Assembly: GCA_040765825.1 (NCBI GenBank)
Contig: JAXGRO010000003.1
Location: 27,262-91,261, forward strand
Direction: 5' to 3'
DNA: 64,000 nt
Source: Methanomassiliicoccales archaeon
GTDB lineage: Archaea; Thermoplasmatota; Thermoplasmata; Methanomassiliicoccales; UBA472
Numbering within the stretch: position 1 is the first letter of the stretch; each line of letters starts with the position of its first letter. Below are positions 38,003 to 47,805 of this stretch, in pieces. The notes under the pieces are model-generated. The model did not search any database and was not told where the DNA came from. It saw only the letters and a list, made by a program, of their open reading frames with translations. A program made the translations under genes and the position numbers.

Positions 38003-39025
38003 TCACCAGATGATGCCGGGGTCCCGTCCGCACTTCGAGCATCTCCCGTCGAGCACCCCTGCCATTTCGGCCTGGAAGCCCGAGCGGCGGATGAGCAGGG
38101 AACCGCATCCGGGACAGTAGGTGTTCTCCCCCCTCTCCGTGGATATGTTCCCCACGTACACGTGCTCCAGCCCGTTGGCCTTCCCCTCCCGATAGGCCAT
38201 GTCCATGGTGGATCGGGGGGTGGCCGGGACATCCTCCATGCGGTAGTCGGGATGGAAGCGCGAGAAGTGCACCGGAGTGTCGACGCCCAGGCTGTCCCGC
38301 ACCCATCGGCAGAAGGCGGCGACCTCCTCCTGACCGTCGTTGTGCGTGGGAATTATCAGGTAGGTCAGCTCCACGTGTATACCCAGCTCCTTGGCCAGCT
38401 CGCAGGCCCGTAGAACAGGGGCCAGCCGGCCCTTGCACACCTCTCCGTAGAATCTCTCCGAGAAGCCCTTCACGTCGATGTTCATGGCGTCGATGACCCC
38501 CTTCATGGTGCGCAGCGGGGCCTCCTGGATATAGCCGTTGGTCACGCTCACGGTGAAAAGCCCCTCGGCCTTGCACAGGCGGCTGGCGTCCATCATGTAC
38601 TCGTACCATATGGTCGGCTCGTTGTAGGTCCAGGCCACTCCCCCGGAGCCGGAGCGCCGGCACAGAGCGGGCACCTCCTCCGGCCGGACGTCGCGGACGG
38701 GGAACTCCTCCGGGCCGACCTGGGCGATGCCGAAGTTCTGGCAGTGCTGGCAGCGAAGGTTGCAGCTGGCCCCTCCGATGGAGAGCACCGGCCTTCCCGG
38801 CTTGAAGTGGAACAGCGGCTTCTTCTCCATTGGATCCAGGTGCACGGAGGTGACCTTGCCGTAGCTCAGCGCGTACATTCGACCGCCGATGTTGCCGCGC
38901 ACGCGGCATATCCCCCTCTTGCCCTCCCCGACCAGACAGGAATGGGGGCACAGGGAGCAGCGTATCGCGTCCCCCTCCCTCTCCCAGAATGATGCTTCCT
39001 TGAGATCAGCGCCGGAAGTGCTCAT
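38003..39025 (-). CDS. amrS: AmmeMemoRadiSam system radical SAM enzyme
   Basis: CSLCPHSC..GICRVR, DPMEKKPLFHF, CNLRCQHCQN, YNEP, HFSRFHP, YVGN..TYCPGC. Confidence 0.92.
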   Translation of the reverse strand: MSTSGADLKEASFWEREGDAIRCSLCPHSCLVGEGKRGICRVRGNIGGRMYALSYGKVTSVHLDPMEKKPLFHFKPGRPVLSIGGASCNLRCQHCQNFGIAQVGPEEFPVRDVRPEEVPALCRRSGSGGVAWTYNEPTIWYEYMMDASRLCKAEGLFTVSVTNGYIQEAPLRTMKGVIDAMNIDVKGFSERFYGEVCKGRLAPVLRACELAKELGIHVELTYLIIPTHNDGQEEVAAFCRWVRDSLGVDTPVHFSRFHPDYRMEDVPATPRSTMDMAYREGKANGLEHVYVGNISTERGENTYCPGCGSLLIRRSGFQAEMAGVLDGRCSKCGRDPGIIW

Positions 39026-39962
39026 ATCCCTTCGGCTCCAGTATCTCATCCCCTCCGTCCCGCTTAAGGGTATTGCCTGTTCCGGGCACGCAGGTCCCGA
39101 TGACCGCGGCATCAGCGCCCAGCAGCGCAAGCACTGTTTCCAGGCCCTCGGGGCGGACGGTGAACAGCAGCTGGTAGTCGCCTCCGCCGTGCAAGGCGAT
39201 ATCCATAGGGTCCGTTCCGGCCAACGAGGCTATGCGCTCGACCTCCGGGTCCAAGGGGACCGCCTCGACCCTGAAGCCGACCCCGCCAGCCTGGCCCAGC
39301 TCGTGCAATGACATCGAAAGTCCGTCGGAGGTGTCCATGCAGGAGGTCACCGCCCCGATGGAGGAGAGCAGCGTTCCTTCCTTCACCCGGGGCCGGGGCT
39401 CGAAGAGGGCTGCCGTCGCCGCGGGGCTCTCGATCTCCTTCTCCAGGGCCAGAAGGCCGGCGGCGGCAAGCCCGGCGGTCCCGGTCATCATCAGCAGGTC
39501 CCCGGGCCGGGCGCCCTTGCGGCGCAGAAGACCATCCAGGGGAGCCAGGCCCAGCGAGGTGCCGGTGAGCACCAGCTGTGAGCATTCCTTGGTGTCCCCG
39601 CCCAGATATTCGGTGCCGTGAACGTCGCAGCAGTCCGCGGCCCCCTGCACCATATCCCTGACCTGGTCCATCTCCAGCTCCGGGGACAGCCCCATGGCCA
39701 GCAGCAGCCCTATCGGCTGAGCACCCATGGCCGCCATGTCGCTGAGGTTCACCGCCGCGGCCATCCACCCCTTCTGCCACCAGCTCATCCGGGGATGGAA
39801 GTGCGTGCCCTCCCAGAGCATGTCCGTGCTGGCCACCAGGAAGCGGTCCCCCAGGCGCACCGCCGCGGCATCGTCCCCGGGGCCCAGGGCGGCGGATGGG
39901 CTGATCATGCCCGTGATCTCCCGCACCGCGAGCTTCTCCCCCGTGTCCCTCAGCCGGACCAT
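39006..39962 (-). CDS. thiL: Thiamine-monophosphate kinase
   Basis: GDDAA, NLSDMAAMG, GGDT, MDTSDGL, GGDYQL, GYEHF; upstream ATG at 40001 possible. Confidence 0.93.
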   Translation of the reverse strand: MVRLRDTGEKLAVREITGMISPSAALGPGDDAAAVRLGDRFLVASTDMLWEGTHFHPRMSWWQKGWMAAAVNLSDMAAMGAQPIGLLLAMGLSPELEMDQVRDMVQGAADCCDVHGTEYLGGDTKECSQLVLTGTSLGLAPLDGLLRRKGARPGDLLMMTGTAGLAAAGLLALEKEIESPAATAALFEPRPRVKEGTLLSSIGAVTSCMDTSDGLSMSLHELGQAGGVGFRVEAVPLDPEVERIASLAGTDPMDIALHGGGDYQLLFTVRPEGLETVLALLGADAAVIGTCVPGTGNTLKRDGGDEILEPKGYEHFRR

Positions 39963-40007
39963 GGGTGGTAGAGGGAGGGAAGGGCGAATAACCCTTTCCA
40001 TGGGTAC

Positions 40008-43000
40008 CTACTTCTTCTTCAGGAAGAAATAGGCCGCCACGCCCACCGCGGCCAGCGCGATGATGGCTATGACCGCGTACAGCATGATGCCGCCGTCTCC
40101 GCCCGCCTCATCCTCATCCGCCTCCAAGGTGGAGGGGCCCAGGTCGTTCGTGGCACCCTGGGTGAATGTCAGGTTGCCCAGGACCAGGTCCAGGTAGCCG
40201 TCCTTCTCCAGGGTTATGGTGAACGTTCCGGAGACGTTCCCGGCGAAGCCGAATGTGAACCTGCCGTCGGTCCCGGTGAGCTGGGATTCGGACACCGTCC
40301 CGTTGCTGATGGTCACCCTTACCCCCTGCAGGTTGTTCCCCTCGGCGCTCCTCACCCTGCCGGTGAAGGTGGTGTAGTCCTCGGTGGTGAAGCTCCAGCT
40401 GAGCTCTATGGGATTTCCGGCCAGGTCCGTGCCGGTGACGTTCACCGTGTACGTGCGCCCGTACATCAGCGGTGCGAGGTGCCGGAAGGTGGCCGTGGTC
40501 CCGTTCCAGGCCACCGAGCCGGTGATGCCCACTATGGCCAGGTCCACCGAGCTGAGGTTCATCTGCTCGGAGAAGGTCACCACCACCAAGGCGTCCGCCT
40601 TCACCCAGACCCCCGTGGGGGAGACCGAGGCCGTGGGGGCCACGCTGTCCACGGTGAAGTTGACGGTCACGGTGATGGAATTCCCGGCCAGGTCGGTGGC
40701 CCGCACGTGGAAGGTCGCCGGACCCTCGTCCAGGACGGGAGTGGTATATACGTCGCTCCAGGCGGTGGTCCAGTTGACCCCGTCCAGGCTGACCTGCACC
40801 AGGCCGATGCCGGAACCGGCATCCTCGGCCATCCATTCGATCAAGGTGGTGTTGCTGGTGGAGTACGATCCCTCCACCGGGGAGATTATGTGCGATCACC
40901 GGTGCCACGGTGTCCACGGTGAAGTTGACCGCGGACCAGGCGGAGTTGCCCAGCACGTCCACGGCGGTGATGTTGACCGAGTGCGGGCCGTCGGCGGTGC
41001 GCCGCTCTACCAGCACACTGGTGGCGTTGGCCGGCAGTTGGGTCGGGCTTCCCCGTCCACACTGACGCTGATGCGGGAGATGCCGGCGCCCGCGTCATCC
41101 ACCTGCCAGGTCACGGTGACGTTCCAGTCCCCCAGGGCCTGGCCTTCGGAGGGTGCCTCCACAGAGACCTCGGGCGGGATGTCCACGGTCACGTTAACCG
41201 ATGCGCTGCCGCGGTTTCCGGCAAGGTCGTAGCCGGTCACGTTGACGATGTGCATGCCGTCCTGCAGTCCTGTGAATGTATGGGTCAGGCCGGTGAGGTT
41301 CACCGGCGTTCCTCCATCGACGCTCACATGATAGTAGGCCATGCCGGACAGGTCGCTTCCAGACCATTCCACGGTCACGTTGCCGGACCCCATCAGCGCC
41401 CCGCTCGGCGGGGTGAGGATGATGACGGCCGGGAGTGGTGTCCAGCACCACGGTGACGTTGTCCTGGCGGACGAAGCCCAGCGAATCACCATGGTCACGG
41501 TTATCAGGTTGCTCTGCTGACCAGAGGCACGGAGCAGTTCCAGGACGATGTTCCGTAGCATCCGCCTGGCTCCGTTCGCGGCGGCGTTGTGCCACGACAG
41601 GAGGAAAGGGCCCATGGCGAAGTAGGCGGAGCCGGACACCATGGCGATGGAACCGTTCGTGTAGCTGACCGAGGACGGGACCCTGATGACCACGCTCACG
41701 GCGATCGGCAGTTCATCCGCGAGCCGCCGTCGATGGCGTAAGGAACGTCGACCGTCCCGTCGCCGTCCGTGTCGGGGGAGGTCCAATCGCCCCACAGGTT
41801 CCTGATGAGGTCGGGTTCATCTGGTTGGTCCTGGCGTCGTAGGCCTGAACGCGGGAGGCGTTGTGGACCGAGGTGGCGCCGTTGTTCTCCATCAGGGCAT
41901 TTTCGAACACCGTGTTGTCGGAGAACTCCGAGTCCTGAACGCATCCCGTGTCCGGTGTTCCCGGCTATGGTGTTCCTCTGATGACGCACAGAACGCTCGA
42001 CTGGAGGTAGATGCCGTAGATGCTGTTCCTCTGGAACAGCTGTTGCCATCCACGATGCTCCGGGAGCGCGAGCCAGCATCACCCCGTACTGGAGGTTCCC
42101 GTCGCAGGTGTTGTTCAGAATGATGGTATCGTTGGAATCGAGAACGACCAGACCGCGATGGTTGCCGTTCATGGCATTGCCGGCCACGCAGCGGTGTTGT
42201 TCTCGCAGTACAGGTAAGGTTCAGGTAGACGCCTTCGGCGGGGTTGTCGTTGCACTCGTTGTCGATGACCGAGTTCCAGTCGCAGTACCTCCAGAGGTAA
42301 ACCCTGCCCTTTGAGGTTGCCGCTGAGGTTGTTGCCCCCTATGGTTGTTCTCGCAGAAGCTCTGGAGAAGGACGCCGTACCTGCTGTCGTGGCATTCGTT
42401 ATCGATGATGACGTTCCAGCTGGAGAAGGACAGCGTATGGCCCTTGCAGCCCAGGGGGTTATGCTCGCAGGTGTTGCCGGCCAGTACGTTCCGGTCGGAG
42501 AATGGAGACGATGCCCCGGATATTGCTATTACTGCTGGCGATGTTGCCGCTTATGTTGGTTACATGGAATACAGCAGGGATATCCCATCCTCGCTGTAGC
42601 TGTATCTGTTCCCTGCGATGGTGTTGTTGTTCGAATAGGAGAGAGCTATCCCGTTGTAGTCGTTGTCATCGCAGTCGTTGCCGATTATCTCGTTCCTGTC
42701 CGAGCCATCCAGATAAACACCGAAATCCTGGCTCTGGCATTCATTGTCCAGGATGCGGCTGGCCGGGGAGGATGCCAGCATAATGCCGTACTCGATGTTG
42801 TCCAGGAACACGTCTGCAGAGATGGTGTTCCCCGGTGGAGCCGAAAGGCATATCCCGGTCAGGCACTCCTCGCAGAATTCCCCAGCGAATGCTGTTGTTG
42901 TCAGCGTTGAGCAAGGATATTCCGCAGGCACGTTGTTGGCCAGGTTCTCTTCAAGGGTGTTGTTGCTTGCATCTTCCAGCAGGATGCTGATGACGTTGTT

Positions 43001-44855
43001 CGAGCAGTCGTTGTCCAAGAGCACGTTGAGGTCCGACCCGTCCAGCTTGACCCCGGTATCGCATTGGGTGAAGATGTTGCTCGATGTCGCTGTTCGTGGA
43101 ACCTTGGACCAGCAGGCCCACGGGGGACTGCCGGCATTCGTTACCGGCCAGGGAGCTGACCGCGCATCAATGAGCAGTATGCCGTTCCCGGTCTGCCCCC
43201 GGCATTGGTTGTACGCCAGAAGCGGTCTGGCTAAATGCTCACCTGTATGCCGTTCACCCCGCCCAGGCATACGTTGTAGGAGGATCCAATTCACCTCGGA
43301 ATCGCGGATGTGCGGGCGCCGTTCTGGACGGTGTGAGCCGCAGTTGTTGCGGGTTCACATATCCGTTATAGCACGAATCCACGAAAATTCCCGGAGTTCG
43401 AGTTGCCGGTAATTGTTATGTTGACGGCGTACCCGTCCGAGGCATCCAGCATTATTCCGTACCGGATGTTCTGGCAGACGCGTACTCGATGTTGAACGGG
43501 GAGCTTTCAAGGTGGATGCTGATGTCGTTCAGGGAGGCGTTGTTACGATCGACCATGTTATCGCGGGATCCGCCGAGGAGATAGCAGCCGAACATGTCGT
43601 TATCCGTCATCTGGTTCCCGGTTGCGGCGGTTCCGTTGGACTCATCGATGACCAAACCGAACTGCGTGTTCCCGGTACAGCAGGTTGCCGATGACGTTGA
43701 GCCTTCGGACCTCTGCAGGTACATCCTGCTGTAATTGTTCCAGCATTCATTGTCGGTCAGGATGTTTCCGTCGGACATCAGGATGTATACAGTCGTGGTG
43801 ATAATTCGTCGTAACAGCGGTTCTCGAAGAGCTCGTTACCGTTCGACATCTGGACGCTGATGCCTTGAATGCACCTGCTGAGGTCGTTGTTGGTGATATT
43901 GTTGTCATGGGACCCGCTGAGGAGGATGCCGCTCTGGTAAATTGCTGGGTAATCGTTGTTGAGGAGGGTGTTGTTGCTGAATGAATTGAACAGGTCTATG
44001 CCTTTGATCAGCCCTTCGAGCTCGTTGTTCTCGATGGAGTTGTTCTCAGCACCATAGAGGTACACCCTCGGTGTTGCCCGTTCCCCGGTTGCCCTGCACG
44101 ATGTTCCAGGTGCAGCCGTCCAGGCATATGGAGATGGTGGTGCCGTCGCACCTGTTGTTGAACACGTAGTTGTATGATGAATTGGAGTCGGTGGAGCAGG
44201 TCACTCCGGAATGTCGTAGTTCGTGTTGAGGCCTAGAGTGTTTCCCGATATAGTTGTGATTGGAATTGAGCAGGGATACCCTCCTGCGCGTTCCCAGAAC
44301 ATCGTTGACGGATATCTCGCAATCATCGGTCGAATACAGGCGTATCCTGTAGCCGTTGTCCTGGAGCAGGTTCCCGGAGAGCACGGTTCCGTGGGCCGCG
44401 TACATGTGGACGCCACTGTACGAGTTGCCGGTGATGCTGTTGTTCAGCACCATGGCGTTCCGGGTAGGTTGCATAATGACAGACCGGTGCTGATGGGCAG
44501 CGGCCAATCTGACCCGTCAGCGTTGAAAAGGGAGCAGTTCTGACCTTGAAGTACGCGGTGGTGTTGCCGATGTAGATGGCGGCCCCATAGCCCAGGGCGT
44601 TGATCTCCAGGTTCTCTGATTATACGGGTCGCTGGCGGTCCCCTCGATCCTGATGCGGCGCGCCGCCAGTTCCTCGTCGCTGTTCACCCGGAACGGTTCC
44701 ACCTTCTTCAGCTCGGTCCCGGGGAATATCCTTGGACGGGACATCTTCAACATCATCCGCGGCCGACACCGCGGATGCGGATAGTACGACGAAGAGCAAT
44801 GCCACTGCAACCAGAAGTCCTCTGACCGCGATCCCCGCAAACGCCCTACCCCCAA
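40008..44855 (-). pseudogene. Giant surface protein A (signal peptide, NosD-like beta-helix, Ig-like repeats, C-terminal TM anchor), multiply frameshifted
   Basis: Fragments in shifting frames: ALLFVVLSASAVSA, GTASDPY, NNT/GIxL coils, WGDWTSPDTDGDG, DLAGN..TVD Ig repeats, terminal GVAAYFFLKKK; may be assembly error rather than a true pseudogene. Confidence 0.75.
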
Positions 44856-44879
44856 TGATGGGGAATCTACAACCTTGAG

Positions 44880-44892
44880 CGTTTATAAAACA
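44880..44892 (-). promoter_or_regulatory. TATA box of surface protein A
   Basis: Minus strand ttttataaac about 25-30 nt upstream of the start region. Confidence 0.55.
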
Positions 44893-44959
44893 GTGGCATG
44901 CCGTGAACGTCTTAATGTTGTTTGGAGAGAAAGGGAAAGTTAAGAGGTTTGGTCCGGTC

Positions 44960-47805
44960 CTACTTCCTCTTCAGGAGGAAGAACGCGGCGACGCCCCCAC
45001 CGCAATCACGGCGACGATGGCTATGCATTAGCACAGCCGTGATCGAGCCGCCGTCGTCCTCTCCGCCCGTGGAAACAAGGGCTTAATCTCACCCAGGTCC
45101 GGGTGGGCCGTTTGATCCCACGGCAACATCCATGGAAAGCGGCTCATACCTCTTCCACATCCACGGTCAGCGTGTGTTCCCGACGATGACCTGGTCGAAT
45201 GCGAAGTTGCCCTGGGAATCGGTGGTGGCGGTGTCCCCGTTGCTCAGATGGACCCAGCATCTCGCCAATGGGTCGCCGTCCCCATCGACCAGCACGCCCT
45301 GGATACTTCCGACCGACATGGTGCTGAACGTCCAAGATGCCGCCATGGCATTCCTGGCCAGGTCCTTACCGGTCACGGTGACGTGGTAGGTGGTGCCATA
45401 CGCCAGCCTTCCAGACAAGGTCAGCGCGGCGCAGTTCCCTGGAGCCCAATCAACGCCGCCCTCCACTCCGTCCACCACTATCTCCACCGAGGTCTGGTTC
45501 ATGGCCTCGAGAACCTCGACCACTACCAGCGGGCTCAGAGGTCCTGGTCCCCTGGTCGGGGGAAACGTTGGCAGTAGGTACCAATGTGTCCACGGTGATG
45601 TTGAGTGTGGCAGAAGCGGAGTTGCTGGCTGACGGTCGCCTTCTAATTGATGGCATGCTCCGCCCAGTCCAGTGGAATATTCCCAGCTGGTGTTGGGATC
45701 GATTCTATCCAGACGCCTCCATCAACCCCACGCTGGATACCGCTCCGTCCGTGGTCCATTCCACCATTCCGGTCGTGTTGTTGACGCGCGCCCTTCCTGC
45801 GGCGAAGTGAAGGCCACGGTCGGGGCGGGTGGTGTCGACCGTGAAATTGACCATCCCCTCCACGAAGCCGTTGGCGGCATCGGTCACCTTGATGTATGCG
45901 GTGTGATGGCCGTCAGTCAGGGCGCCGTCTTTACGAACTCATCCCCGGTGGCCATGGCCCAGGCCTGCCGTCGAACTTCACTCCGACCGTTCCAGGATTG
46001 GTGTCGGTGGTGTTCCAGGACACGGTCACCGATGAGGCGTTGAACAGCTGCCCTTCCGCCGGGGACCATCAGAGCGGGCGCAACGGTATCGACGGTGAAG
46101 GTCGCGGTCACGTCCCGGTAATTGCCCAGTTGGTCATAGGCGCTTACCAGCACCGTACGTTCCATCGGCCAGGTCGCTGTAGGTGCGCGAGGCGCCAGTG
46201 GTGTTGACGAATCCCAAGCCCTCGATGCTCACGATGAAATGAGCATCGACGCCGATTCCGCATCGAAGCTGGACCAGGTGACCGACGTCGCTGTTGGCCA
46301 CGTAACCACCTTCGACTGGGTATGTGATGGTCAGGGACGGTGGTTGGTGTCCACTCGACCGTGACGGTGTCGGAGGACGATTGTCCTGCCTTGTCGTATA
46401 CGACGACGGTCAGGACGCGAGCCGTCACCGAGCCCATTGAAGGTGTAGGTGTTCGCGCTGGGCAGCAATGTCACCGGGGTTCGCTCCTCCTCGTAGCCGA
46501 CCTCGTAGCGGCCAACCCCGGAACTGACGTCGCTGCCGTTCCAGGTCACCGTGACACTATTTTCGGTGCTGAGGAAGTTGTCAACGGGGAATCGATGGTC
46601 ACGATCGGAGAGACGGTATCAACGAATATATCGACCGCCACGTCCAGGTAATTTCCGGCGACATCATAGGCGGTCACCAAGACCGTCCAAGGTCCATCGG
46701 CCAGGTCGTTTATGATGCACGAGCTGCTGTTTGTGTCTTCAGGAAGAACTTCCTCTTACGCTGACGTTGTAGCCATCGATGCCGGAATCGGCGTCGCTGC
46801 CGTTCCAGAAGTCACCGTGAAACTGCTTCCGACGTATGCACCCTCCGCGGGAGATGCTATCACCAGGGACGGGGAATGACATCGATAACCACGGCGATCG
46901 AGGCGTTGGCCTCCGATCCGTGAAGCATCGACCATGGTCACCGTGATGACGTTGTCGCCATCCGCCAGTGGCACGGCCGTCCAAACGTCCAGGCTGATGC
47001 AATCACCGGACTTCGCCATTGGCGGCATTGTACCAGGTCAGATGGTCCACGCCGAAGTAGCTGACTGCGGTTCCGGAAATGTCAACGTTATTTTCGCCAG
47101 TGACGAACCCGTCGGCCGGGGAGGTTATAGTCACGCTCACGGCCAGGGGCAGATTTATCTTGCTGGTCCCGCCATCGATCAGGTACGCGTCGTCAACGAT
47201 ACCGTCCCCGCTGGCATCGGGAGAGATCCAGTCGGCCCACAGGCTACAGCCGTAACCGGTGGCGTTCCAGATGTTCACGCCGCTGTCCCAAGCCTGAACG
47301 TGAGCGGGCATCATACGCCGACGTTGCGCCGTTGCTGCCCATCAGCACGTTCGTACAGACGGTTGCCGGTTGCGGAGGTTATATTGATAGCCCTGCAGCC
47401 GGTTGCCTCGATGGTGTTGTTGGAGATGATGTTGTCATAGCAGCTGTCGTACTCTCCAGCGCCATCCATCGCCAGCCCGGCCCTGGCAAAGGCCATCCCA
47501 TAGCCGCTAATCGACCGGCTGGTAGCCGTTGTTCCGGATGGTGTTGCTGGAATACCGTGGTTGTTGATGGCCCGTTTATCGAAGTACCCGCATCTGCTGT
47601 CCACGCAGGTGTTATTGAAAACCAGGAATCACTTAGCCAACGCAGATACATCCTGCAACTGCTGTTGCTGATGGTGTTGTTGGCTTATCACCAGTCTTTC
47701 GTGCGCAGAATTGTAAGCGCCTGGATTCCGACATTGTTGTAACTGAGGCTGTTCCCTTCGATGCGTATGTCGTTGCCTGGACCACCGATATCCCAACAGT
47801 GGAGC
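44960..47805 (-). pseudogene. Frameshifted 3' part of giant surface protein B (end of beta-helix, Ig repeats, TM anchor)
   Basis: WADWISPDASGDG, YDQLGN, DKAG, GKDLARN fragments; ends GVAAFFLLKRK-TAG at 44960. Confidence 0.75.
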
